Shown here: piece after piece, positions 19,423 to 28,314 of the stretch
Numbering within the stretch: position 1 is the stretch's first letter
Layout: every line of letters begins with the position of its first letter
Assembly (NCBI GenBank): GCA_024275165.1
Contig: JAJRZQ010000028.1
Span: 7,423 to 71,422 of the forward strand
Source: a bacterium
GTDB taxonomy: Bacteria; SAR324; XYD2-FULL-50-16
Direction: 5' to 3'
DNA length: 64,000 nt
Notes under the pieces: generated by a model
Databases searched by the model: none
What the model was told of the DNA's origin: nothing
The model's input: only the letters and a program-made list of their open reading frames with translations
Program-made: the position numbers and the translations under genes

Positions 19423-20952
19423 TCAATATTGTATGGGTCGCTCCAAGCAGCGATAATTGATCGCTTCTGCCAAATGCTCCAAGGCAATCTTTTCTGCTCC
19501 TTCTAAATCGGCAATGGTGCGGGCTACCTTTAAAATCGAATCATGCGCCCGACCAGACAAGCGAAAGCGTTCCAAGGCCGCCTTCAACAACCCGTGCCCC
19601 TCGTCATCCAATTGACAATGGCGCTCGATTTGTTTGTGGGTCATGTTGGCGTTGTATTGTTCTTGTCGGCAAAAGCGCTTGGTTTGACGCTTCCGAGCCA
19701 ACAAGACCCTCTTGCGGATCATTGCGCTCGCTTCGCCCTTTTTGCCAAAATTGATCTCCTCATAGCTTAAGCTGGGCATCTCGACCTGCATGTCAATCCG
19801 GTCCAGCAGTGGTCCGCTGATCTTTGTCCGGTACCTTTCCACCTGGGCCTGCCCGCAACTACAGGGCTTGGTTTGATCTCCAAAGTAACCGCAGGGGCAG
19901 GGGTTCATGGCGGCAATCAAAATAAAATCAGTGGGAAAGGTCAGGCTCTCCTTGGCTCTGCTGATGGTTATCCGTTTATCTTCCAGGGGTTGGCGCAGTA
20001 AATCCAAAATGGCTCGGTTGTATTCGGGTAGTTCATCTAAAAACAAAACCCCATGATGAGCCAAGGAAACCTCTCCCGGTTTAGGAGTACTCCCGCCCCC
20101 GATGAGGCCGGCCCCCGATACGCTATGATGGGGGCTTTGAAAGGGCCGACGGCGCAGCCGCTCTTTTCCGGGGGACAAGCGCCCCGCAATGGAGTGAATT
20201 TTGGTGGCCTCTAAACATTCTGTAAAACTCAAAGGGGGTAAAATTCCCGCCAGCCTTTTTGCCAGCATGGATTTGCCCGACCCGGGAGGCCCGGTAAACA
20301 ATAAATTATGCCGCCCTGCCGCGGCAATCTCTAAAGCTCGTTTTGCCGTTTCTTGCCCCTTGACCTCGGAAAAATCCGGTTCGTCGTCACCGCTTGAGGG
20401 ATTGGCTTCTGCTTGGCCCCGGTAGGGGCTTAGAAGCTTCAACCCCTGTAAGTGATCCAGAACCTCGGTTAAGGTCTCCGCGGGTAAGACCTCCAATTCC
20501 CGAACCATGGCAGCCGAAGGGGCCGAGTCCTTGGGCAGAATCACTTGGCTCATCCCCGCTTGGGAGGCCGCTAAAGCCATGGCTAAAACCCCGTTCACGG
20601 GGCGGAGTCTTCCGTCTAAACTCAACTCCCCCACGGCGAGCCAGCCTCGGCTCGCCGTGGGGGGCAGCTTTTCGGCCGCTTCCAAAATCGCTAACGCAAT
20701 GGGGAGGTCAAACCCAGTGCCGTTTTTAGGCAGGTCGGCAGGGGCTAGGTTCACCACCACCTTGCGGATGGGAAAGCCCACTCCCGCGTTATTGATGGCG
20801 CTGGTAATCCGGTCTTTGGACTCGCGAATGGCCCCATCGGGCAGCCCTACAATATTAAAGGCGCCCAGTCCGATGGAGACATCGGCCTCGACCTCGATTA
20901 AATGGGCGTCCACCCCTAAAATACTGGCGGTAATGCTGCTGGCGGTGGGCAT
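19423..20952 (-). CDS. yifB: YifB/ComM-family Mg-chelatase-like AAA+ ATPase
   Basis: A Lon-like N-terminal domain is followed by Walker A (FTGPPGSGKSM), sensor motifs, and a C-terminal ChlI-like domain. The protein is 509 aa. Confidence 0.88.
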   Translation of the reverse strand: MPTASSITASILGVDAHLIEVEADVSIGLGAFNIVGLPDGAIRESKDRITSAINNAGVGFPIRKVVVNLAPADLPKNGTGFDLPIALAILEAAEKLPPTASRGWLAVGELSLDGRLRPVNGVLAMALAASQAGMSQVILPKDSAPSAAMVRELEVLPAETLTEVLDHLQGLKLLSPYRGQAEANPSSGDDEPDFSEVKGQETAKRALEIAAAGRHNLLFTGPPGSGKSMLAKRLAGILPPLSFTECLEATKIHSIAGRLSPGKERLRRRPFQSPHHSVSGAGLIGGGSTPKPGEVSLAHHGVLFLDELPEYNRAILDLLRQPLEDKRITISRAKESLTFPTDFILIAAMNPCPCGYFGDQTKPCSCGQAQVERYRTKISGPLLDRIDMQVEMPSLSYEEINFGKKGEASAMIRKRVLLARKRQTKRFCRQEQYNANMTHKQIERHCQLDDEGHGLLKAALERFRLSGRAHDSILKVARTIADLEGAEKIALEHLAEAINYRCLERPIQY

Positions 20953-22457
20953 TAGGCCGTTTTTTTGTCTTTATCCAGCTTGGTGCTGCGATATTGATTG
21001 AGGCGATGGCGTAAAAAGGCGTTGCTGTTGGCCAGGTTTTTTGCCAAGGAATGCAGGCGAGGTGAGGTTTTGACGGCAAACCAGACCGTCATTAAAAAAA
21101 GTTGAAGAGTTGGAATCTGCCCTTTAAAAACATAGGCATTAAAGGTGATATACTCAAAATAAATCCGCCAAGCGGGAAAGCCCGGCAGCTTTAGGTAGGC
21201 CCGGCTGCGTTCTGCGGTAGAGCCGATGGCCTTGGGGTCGAAAAGTTTGTTTTCCGCCGCTATGTCGTACAACACCGTGCCCGGGTAAGGGTAAAAAATA
21301 CCCAAGTAGGCCCTTGTCGGTTGGCAATCCCGGGTCACTTTTTTGGTTTCCTTAAATTCTTTAACCCTTTCGTGGGGCAGCCCGATCAAGACAAAGACAT
21401 TGCGCTCGATTTCGTATTCTGCGGCCAGTCTGGAAAAAGTGATCAATTCTTCGTTGGAATATTTTGGTCTTTTTAAGACCTCGGCCCGCATTTGCTCCGA
21501 ACCCGATTCGATTCCAAAATTGATGAACTTGAAATTCGCTTTTTGCATGGCGGAAAGCATAGCGCGGCAGGAGGTTTCGTCTCGCACCAGTTTCGAGGTC
21601 ACGGTGATGTTGATGCCATAGCGAAGGGGCTTTTTTCGTTGGGCGTTGTCGGCCGCCAAGGCGGCGCAGAGTTCATGGAGGTACTTAGGAAAGGCCCCAA
21701 TGGTCTCGATTTCTAAATAGACCTCTTCTAATTGAGGGGCCCCTGCTGAAATTTCGGCCAACTCCTGGATTACATTTTCCACCGAACGGATACGGACAAA
21801 TCGCCCCTTGGCCAATTTTTGAATCGCGTGGTTCGAGCAATAGGTGCATTTATAAGGGCAGCCCCGACCCAGCAAAATCACTGCCGAGGCGGCTTGATTA
21901 TGCACCCAGGGGGACCAGTGAGCGCGGTTGATGAAGGGGAGGTCGTCTAAGTTGGGGTCAAAGGGAACCGTCGGGTTTTTTTCAATGCTTCCATCTTCTT
22001 GTCGGATCCAAAAATTCGCCACCCCCGTTGGGCGTTGACCTGCCGCCAGTTGAGCGTAATAGGCCACTGCCGCGTGGTCGCCCTCGCCAACGCAAAGGGC
22101 GTCGATCTCCGCACAGGAAATGGCGTCTTGAGAGGCTAAAGAGGCATGGTGCCCCCCCAAAATAAGATTGATGCCCGGGTTCGCTGTTTTGATTTCCTTG
22201 GCGATTTCTTGAACAAAGGGGAATTGGGAGGAAACAGCGGTAAAGGCGATTGCTTCGGCTTGAAAGTCCTTTAGAATCTCCGTAATCGTCTCCAGGCGGT
22301 TGGTCCCGGGGCTAAAAACCCAAGCTTTGATCTCGTGGCCTGCCTGCTCCAAGGAAGCGGCCACCATGGCGATGCCGTAGGGGACATCGGTCCAGGACAT
22401 GAGCGGCTCTTGAGCGTTGACGAAGTTTTCTACCGTGTAAAGACAGGCGATACGCAT
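20952..22457 (-). CDS. B12-binding (class B) radical SAM protein
   Basis: An N-terminal cobalamin-binding Rossmann domain is followed by a radical SAM core (GRGCPYKCTYCSN). The stop shares nt 20952 with the yifB start. Confidence 0.85.
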   Translation of the reverse strand: MRIACLYTVENFVNAQEPLMSWTDVPYGIAMVAASLEQAGHEIKAWVFSPGTNRLETITEILKDFQAEAIAFTAVSSQFPFVQEIAKEIKTANPGINLILGGHHASLASQDAISCAEIDALCVGEGDHAAVAYYAQLAAGQRPTGVANFWIRQEDGSIEKNPTVPFDPNLDDLPFINRAHWSPWVHNQAASAVILLGRGCPYKCTYCSNHAIQKLAKGRFVRIRSVENVIQELAEISAGAPQLEEVYLEIETIGAFPKYLHELCAALAADNAQRKKPLRYGINITVTSKLVRDETSCRAMLSAMQKANFKFINFGIESGSEQMRAEVLKRPKYSNEELITFSRLAAEYEIERNVFVLIGLPHERVKEFKETKKVTRDCQPTRAYLGIFYPYPGTVLYDIAAENKLFDPKAIGSTAERSRAYLKLPGFPAWRIYFEYITFNAYVFKGQIPTLQLFLMTVWFAVKTSPRLHSLAKNLANSNAFLRHRLNQYRSTKLDKDKKTA

Positions 22458-22642
22458 TGAGGTGGTTGCTGAAAGGGGGCCTATTAGTTTGATAAATCAT
22501 TCCATACCCATCTTGCTTTGGCAAGAATAACAACCTTGAAAGCCTCGCTACGCGCCCAAGGCAAGGAAAATCTTTTTACAAAAACCAAGTTAGCAGATAG
22601 ATTGAAAAAATAATTTTCTCAATCTTTTAGTTTTGCCTTGCC

Positions 22643-23569
22643 ATGCGTTTTTTCTTGCGAGTTGTCGAAGGAATCGGGATGCACCCCCTGACCCGCGAAC
22701 ATAAAATCTCCAGCTTCAAGCGTTTTTTGGGCTGGGAGTTGAAAAGCCGCGTTTGGGGGGGGGGCAGGTACCACCACCGGCTTGTAGGCGACCTTAAGAT
22801 GATTGTCGAACATGGGATGGACGGGGCGACCATGAACCTCATCTATGGGTTGGTGGAGTTTGAAGATATGGCTTTTGTGTTGCATTGTCTACGCCCCCAA
22901 GACCTTTTTGTGGATATTGGCTCGAATGTAGGGGTTTACAGTCTTTTGGCCTCTGGGGGCGCCGGTGCCGAGAGCCTTGCCTTTGAGCCCGTTCCCGAAA
23001 CCTTTTTTGTCTTGCAGGAAAATATCGTCCTCAACAAGCTTAGCGAGCTCGTTACTCCCCTGAATTTGGGGCTGGGCAAAGAGGCCGGGGCTTTGCGATT
23101 TACTCGCCATCTCGATGGAATCAATCATGTGCTCGCCCCTGGTGAAGCAACGGGCCAAAGCTTAGAAGTGGAGGTTAAAAGTTTAGACCAGGCGCTCCAA
23201 AACAGAGATGTCAACTTGATTAAGCTGGATGTAGAAGGCTTTGAGCTGCCCGTATTGCAAGGCGCAAAGGAAAGTTTAAACAACCCCGCTTTAAAAGGCC
23301 TGATCATTGAGCTGAACGGGAGTGGAGAACGCTATGGGATGGATGAAAAACAGATCGTAAAACTCTTGCAAGAAGCGGGGTTTGCCCCCTTTGACTATGA
23401 TCCTCGAAGTCGCGCTTTGACCGCTCGAAAAGAGTATTGCCATGGCGGGTTAGGGGCGATTCGCTGCGCTGATGGAACGCACAACACCCTTTTTTTGCGG
23501 GACTTGGCTTGGGTTGAAGAGCGGGTAACCACGGCCAAGCCCTTTCGCGTTTTAAGGCAGAGCTTTTAA
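22643..23569 (+). CDS. FkbM-family SAM-dependent methyltransferase
   Basis: VDIGSNVGVYSL...NLIKLDVEGFELPVLQGA is characteristic of FkbM methyltransferases. The start is uncertain: candidates are ATG 22643, Met13 (22679) and Met55 (22805). Confidence 0.7.
   Translation: MRFFLRVVEGIGMHPLTREHKISSFKRFLGWELKSRVWGGGRYHHRLVGDLKMIVEHGMDGATMNLIYGLVEFEDMAFVLHCLRPQDLFVDIGSNVGVYSLLASGGAGAESLAFEPVPETFFVLQENIVLNKLSELVTPLNLGLGKEAGALRFTRHLDGINHVLAPGEATGQSLEVEVKSLDQALQNRDVNLIKLDVEGFELPVLQGAKESLNNPALKGLIIELNGSGERYGMDEKQIVKLLQEAGFAPFDYDPRSRALTARKEYCHGGLGAIRCADGTHNTLFLRDLAWVEERVTTAKPFRVLRQSF
22755..22764 (+). repeat. G10 homopolymeric tract at the 5' end of the FkbM methyltransferase gene
   Basis: Ten consecutive G at 22755-22764 encode GGG if the upstream ATG is used, or lie in the leader if Met55 is the true start. 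Confidence 0.8.
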
Positions 23570-24732
23570 ATTACCGCCTGGAGCAAGGCCGCCATCCGGT
23601 GTGCCAAACAATGCCCCTGATATACGGCCTCTAGGCCTTTGATCTGGTAAGCAAGCCGTTCTTTAGGGTGATGCAGGTAGTGGAAAAAAGCGTCCTGATA
23701 TTCTTTCGGGCTCGCGCAGGAAACGACCTGATCTGGATGGGGAAAGAGTTCCCTTAAGGCGCGGGGCTGGTCAACCAATTGAAAACAGCCCGCCGCCGCT
23801 AAATTATAACAGCGCTCGTTGAGCTCTGACTCGACTTCCATCTGAATCCCCAAATGCAGATTGATGCCGATTTTCCCCAGTCCATAAAAGCAGGAGTGTT
23901 GGCCTCTGTCTAGGCTTGAGGGCGATTTTTTGCCCCAGCCCGGGCCGACGAGGCAGCCGGCCGCCCGATTTAAAATAGGAGAGAAATAAGAAAGGTAACG
24001 GGGGGTTTTATCGGGGTTGCTGCTCCCTAAAAAGACATAATCCAGTTGTTCTTTCATGGGTTGGGGGTAATAGGCCAAGGGGTTGGCCCCAAAGGGAACG
24101 CTGAGTACCGGTTTGCCGGTTTGGCTCCATTCGCCCAACCATGCCTTGACATAGGTTGGAAAGCGAAAGGAGAGAAAATAATCCACCCCCAAACGCAAGG
24201 CTTTTTCAATGCGGGGGCCGTTCGGGCTCGCTCCGTCATGTTCGTGCATCGTCATTAAAGCGAGTTTGCAATCTTTTGTTTGGCGCAGGCGTTGCCATGC
24301 GGCCCAGTCGATTCGGCTCAAAAAGCTCGGATGATCTAGAGAAATAAATAAATCGGGTTGAAAAAGGGCAAAGCTCTCGCTCCCTGGGTCATTCCAGTCC
24401 AGGGTCTGTGCCGCAACCCCCATCAGGTTTAAGGTTTCAAGCCAATTTAAAAAAACCGATTGGGTGCCAATGGCCCATTGATCGGGAATTTGAATTAAAA
24501 TTTTAAGCTTTTTCTCTTTGTAGGCCCCGGCGTATTGGGCGAGCAGGTCTTGTTGGAGGCGCTGCGACTTGAGCCAGAGCGGGTCAAGCTCTTTGGGGGT
24601 CTTTTGCGCTAAAAGAGCGGGTAGCCGTTGGTTGTTGTTCCAGGTTTGGGGGTGGGTTTGGGCAAGGAGCGACAAAAACCGCAAACGGTTGAATCCACGG
24701 GGCAGCTTTTGAAAAAAAAGGGAGGGATTCAT
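23566..24732 (-). CDS. Glycosyltransferase, CgeB/GT1-like
   Basis: The C-terminal region resembles the CgeB/DUF3880 glycosyltransferase fold. The start is set at Met51 (MNPSLFF), which overlaps the upstream GT2 stop by 1 nt. The track ORF extends to 24882. Confidence 0.55.
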   Translation of the reverse strand: MNPSLFFQKLPRGFNRLRFLSLLAQTHPQTWNNNQRLPALLAQKTPKELDPLWLKSQRLQQDLLAQYAGAYKEKKLKILIQIPDQWAIGTQSVFLNWLETLNLMGVAAQTLDWNDPGSESFALFQPDLFISLDHPSFLSRIDWAAWQRLRQTKDCKLALMTMHEHDGASPNGPRIEKALRLGVDYFLSFRFPTYVKAWLGEWSQTGKPVLSVPFGANPLAYYPQPMKEQLDYVFLGSSNPDKTPRYLSYFSPILNRAAGCLVGPGWGKKSPSSLDRGQHSCFYGLGKIGINLHLGIQMEVESELNERCYNLAAAGCFQLVDQPRALRELFPHPDQVVSCASPKEYQDAFFHYLHHPKERLAYQIKGLEAVYQGHCLAHRMAALLQAVI

Positions 24733-25610
24733 CAAAGGAGTTTCAATAAAATCCAGAGCAGGCTGCTCCAGTTGCTTGCTGCCCTTGGTCGAGCCCGCAA
24801 AGCCTTTAGCCAATGAGAAAGGGACAAGGCCCGCTCTTTTTGCCGGGCAAAGCCATGAGCCATATGACGGTGATGAATCCACAAACCCTGGGCAATCGCC
24901 TTTTTATTCCCGCTGGAAAGCAGATGCCTTTGCAGCACTTTATAGATTTCCTTTTCGTAAAGTTTATAATTTTTTGAAAGCCCGGTAACAAGCTGTCGAT
25001 ACTTTGCCAACGGCTTTGGGCAATAACCGACCTCCCAAGCTTGGGAAATCTTGATCCACAAGTCCCAATCCTCTGGGCCGCGCAAGCCTTGATCAAACCC
25101 CTCTGCTTGCTCTAAGGCTGCTTTGCGGGCTACGACCGTCAAGGTGGCGATGAAGTTGTGGATGATGAGGTCTGCGTAGACCTCTCCTTCTAAGCGCAAC
25201 CCCTGCGCGAGTTTGAGGGGGTTTGCCGCTCTTTCGCCAAAGGCCCCGAACTCGCGGTAGTTGTGGTGCCACAACCCCAGGCGAGAGCCTCCAAGGGCAA
25301 TTGCCGCTCGCGCTGTTTGGAGTTTGTCGGGCAACCAGAGGTCATCGGCGTCCAAAAAGGCGATCCATTCCCCTTGCGCCTTTTGGATCCCTTGATTGCG
25401 GGCAGCGGCAGCGCCTTGATTTTTTTGTTGGAGGATTTGAATACGCGGATCGTGAAATTGCGCAAGAACCTCTAAAGAACGATCCGTGGAGCCGTCATCA
25501 ACGACGATCAATTCAAAATCCGGCTCGCTTTGCCCTAAGGCCGACCCGACCGCTTCGGCAAGATAGGTCTCGGCGTTATAGCAGGGCATGATAATCGAAA
25601 ATAAGGGCAT
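24732..25610 (-). CDS. Family 2 glycosyltransferase
   Basis: MPLFSIIMPCYNAETYLAEAVGSALGQS...LIVVDDGSTD...FLDADD are GT2 signature motifs. The start is placed at Met23 of the track ORF. Confidence 0.8.
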   Translation of the reverse strand: MPLFSIIMPCYNAETYLAEAVGSALGQSEPDFELIVVDDGSTDRSLEVLAQFHDPRIQILQQKNQGAAAARNQGIQKAQGEWIAFLDADDLWLPDKLQTARAAIALGGSRLGLWHHNYREFGAFGERAANPLKLAQGLRLEGEVYADLIIHNFIATLTVVARKAALEQAEGFDQGLRGPEDWDLWIKISQAWEVGYCPKPLAKYRQLVTGLSKNYKLYEKEIYKVLQRHLLSSGNKKAIAQGLWIHHRHMAHGFARQKERALSLSHWLKALRARPRAASNWSSLLWILLKLL

Positions 25611-25734
25611 GGGTTCTCGTTTTTTTTCAGCATAAAACCCCCAAAGCATCCCGGCAAGGCCTTTCCCTCTTTTCAAAGCAGGGGGAAAAGCCTACAAAGA
25701 GAGCGAATACCCCTTTGATCCATTTACTTTTTTT

Positions 25735-27240
25735 ATGGCTGACCAACAAAAGACATTTTTTTTAGGAATCGCGGTAGATATGTTCGGCATTCCCTTGAAC
25801 ATGGTTTTAGGCTTTGTGGTGGTCCCCTTGTACCTCGTTTACCTCACCGCCGAGCAATATGGCCGTTGGACCACGATTTTTGAGGCTTCCGCCGCCTTGG
25901 TGATGACGGTCACCTGCTTTGATCTTTGGGTAACCCGTCGTATTTCCGGGCGGGGGGGCGAGGAGGCGAAAGCGAAGGCCGCTATTTTGGAAGGGGCGGG
26001 GGTGTTGGTCCTCTTTTTGATTCTTTTGAGTTTTATTTTGGTAGGCTGTTGGTTCTATCAACCCCAATGGCTGCAAGAGGGATTGCGAAAAGGGGAGTTC
26101 TCTTTTTATGGGCTCATCGCGTTATGGTTGATCTTGGCTGTTTGGGCGCAACTCTTTACGGCAATTTTAGGCGGCCTGAATCGGATGCCGTTGGTCAACG
26201 GGATCGCGGTACTTTCTCGTTTCAGTTATATTACGCTCCCCCTTTGGTTTTTATCCCTTGGTCAGGGGCTGCTTTCCTTTGCTTGGGGTTACGCCATCAC
26301 CAGTTTTTTTGTCTTGCTTTGGCAGGCCTTTTTGGTCTGGCCTCAAGGGTCGCGTTGGTTTCGCTTGACTCTATCCGGCCCTTTAAATTGGCGAGAAGCT
26401 TGGTCTTTTTCTTGGCAAGCTCTCTTTAGTCGGCTGGGGGTGCATTTTTATAATTATACGAATATCTTATTCATTGCCGCCCTGCTTTCTACGGTGCAGG
26501 TGGCGGTTTACGCCCTTTCGATGAAGCTTACCAATTTTATTCGCTTCATTGTGCCGCGCATGGTTGCGGTGGGCTACCCCTCTTTTGCTCGGCTTCTTGC
26601 TGAAGATAATCAAACCCGCATGACGGAGGTTTTTTTAAAGCTTTATCGGTTTAGTTTGCGTTTGGGGTTGGGTTTTGCCGCCCTGGTCATTTTCTTAAAC
26701 GAAAGCTTTTTAAGGCATTGGGTGGGCAGTGAGTTCTACGCCGGGGGGTGGTTTAGCCTGTTTGCGGGCCTGATTTGCTTAAAAGAATCCGTGTTTGTGG
26801 TTTTCTATCAGGTTTTTTTTGCCTCTGAACGGGTGAAGGGAACCCAGTATATCTTTTTATTCGAGTGGCTCTTGCACCTGATTTTAGCCTATTGGTGGTT
26901 GACCGACTACGGCTTAAACGGCGCGGTAATGGCCGGATTTTTTTCCACCGGGCTCGTTTCGCTCGGTTACTTTTTCTATAAGCTTCAACAAATTATTCCT
27001 CTTTCCACTTGGGTATTGCTTCGCAGCGCGATGCAGGTTTTACTGAAAAGCTTGCCCAGTCTAGGGGTGCTTTTTTTCGCTCGGCTCCAACTGGCGACGC
27101 AGTTTAATTGGTTTTTGTTCTTTGCTTGGCTGGCCCTCGCCGGGGTTGTCAATTTAGTCTTTTTTGAGGCCTTGTATTTACGGGAGTTGAAGGGGAAAAA
27201 AATGAAAGAGGTTTTGCGTTTGTTGATCGACCGCTCTTGA
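25735..27240 (+). CDS. Polysaccharide biosynthesis membrane protein (Wzx-like MOP flippase)
   Basis: A 501-aa polytopic membrane protein of about 12-14 helices with Wzx/MOP-like composition, located in the glycosyltransferase cluster. Confidence 0.65.
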   Translation: MADQQKTFFLGIAVDMFGIPLNMVLGFVVVPLYLVYLTAEQYGRWTTIFEASAALVMTVTCFDLWVTRRISGRGGEEAKAKAAILEGAGVLVLFLILLSFILVGCWFYQPQWLQEGLRKGEFSFYGLIALWLILAVWAQLFTAILGGLNRMPLVNGIAVLSRFSYITLPLWFLSLGQGLLSFAWGYAITSFFVLLWQAFLVWPQGSRWFRLTLSGPLNWREAWSFSWQALFSRLGVHFYNYTNILFIAALLSTVQVAVYALSMKLTNFIRFIVPRMVAVGYPSFARLLAEDNQTRMTEVFLKLYRFSLRLGLGFAALVIFLNESFLRHWVGSEFYAGGWFSLFAGLICLKESVFVVFYQVFFASERVKGTQYIFLFEWLLHLILAYWWLTDYGLNGAVMAGFFSTGLVSLGYFFYKLQQIIPLSTWVLLRSAMQVLLKSLPSLGVLFFARLQLATQFNWFLFFAWLALAGVVNLVFFEALYLRELKGKKMKEVLRLLIDRS

Positions 27241-27242
27241 GG

Positions 27243-28178
27243 TTATGGGCGGCCCCTCACCCCCTTTAATCCATCTTTAATCCCTTTCAATAAAGGGGGT
27301 AAGAGCTTTATCCGCCCCTGGATCAACCAAGAAAAAGCCTTGAGCAAGCGACTGGAAAGAAAAAAGAGGAGAAAAGCAATCCACTGCTTGGGGCGGTTTT
27401 CCTTCATCCATAAGAGGCGATTGCGGGTGCCGTAATAGACGGGCACCGGGCTTTGGTCGCCTCCGGTGCTGCCCCCGACCTCGTGCCGCAAGGGGATGGC
27501 GGGAAGAAAATATTGCTTATACCCCTTTTGCTTTAAGCGGTAGCAGAAATCAAAATCTTCAAAATATAAAAATAAGCTCTCCACAAAGCCGCCCATTTCT
27601 TCATAGCGGGTACGGGGAATCCACCAGCAACAAGCAGTGGCAAAATCCACCTCTTGGGGGCCCGGGTCGCTGGGGGTTTGGGTGCGGTGCTCGCCCATGC
27701 ATCGTTTGAGGTTCAAATGCCCCCCGGCGTAGTAAATGCCTGGGCCGTCTTCTTCATAGATTAAGGGGACGGCGAGAGCAAAATCAGCTTGCCGCGACAA
27801 AGGCAACGCCTGCTCGGTAAAGCAACGCAAAAAATCCGGGGTGAATCTGGTGTCGTTGTTGAGTACGATAAACACCTCTGCCCCTTTTTTTGCCGCTTGC
27901 CAGGCCGCGCGATTCATTCCTCCGCCATAACCTAGGTTTGTTGCTTGAAATTCCCAAAAAATGGGGCCTGTGCCCAGCTTGGGCGCTAGAGTCAAGCGCG
28001 CGCCGAATTCAGCGCTTAAAGCCTGAAAATCGTTTAGATCAGGCCCGTTGTCGGCAACTTGAATAAAGAAGTTCGGGTAAGTTTGCGCCAACAGGTCATG
28101 GAGGCAGGACGCCGTAGTTTGCCAGCCCTGATAATGCACCAGTAAAACGGCGAGACGAGGTAGGTTGGGGGGGGGCAT
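27243..28178 (-). CDS. Family 2 glycosyltransferase (rhamnosyltransferase-like)
   Basis: LAVLLVHYQGWQTTASCLHDL...VADNGP...VLNNDT are GT2 motifs. The start codon is followed immediately by a C9 tract that encodes PPP. Confidence 0.8.
   Translation of the reverse strand: MPPPNLPRLAVLLVHYQGWQTTASCLHDLLAQTYPNFFIQVADNGPDLNDFQALSAEFGARLTLAPKLGTGPIFWEFQATNLGYGGGMNRAAWQAAKKGAEVFIVLNNDTRFTPDFLRCFTEQALPLSRQADFALAVPLIYEEDGPGIYYAGGHLNLKRCMGEHRTQTPSDPGPQEVDFATACCWWIPRTRYEEMGGFVESLFLYFEDFDFCYRLKQKGYKQYFLPAIPLRHEVGGSTGGDQSPVPVYYGTRNRLLWMKENRPKQWIAFLLFFLSSRLLKAFSWLIQGRIKLLPPLLKGIKDGLKGVRGRP
28167..28175 (-). repeat. C9 homopolymeric tract (coding strand) directly after the GT2 start codon
   Basis: The minus strand reads ATG CCC CCC CCC AAC..., which is Met-Pro-Pro-Pro. 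Confidence 0.8.
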
Positions 28179-28314
28179 GGCGACTTCGGAAAAGAATGCA
28201 TTGAACTCGATTTGAAGTCAGCATAATGCGGGGCTCGCTTCCCTGCAAGGCCTTTCCCCTTTTCAAAGCAGAGAATAAAGAATATAAAGGTTTTAGTTTG
28301 TTTTGAAGGAAAAA

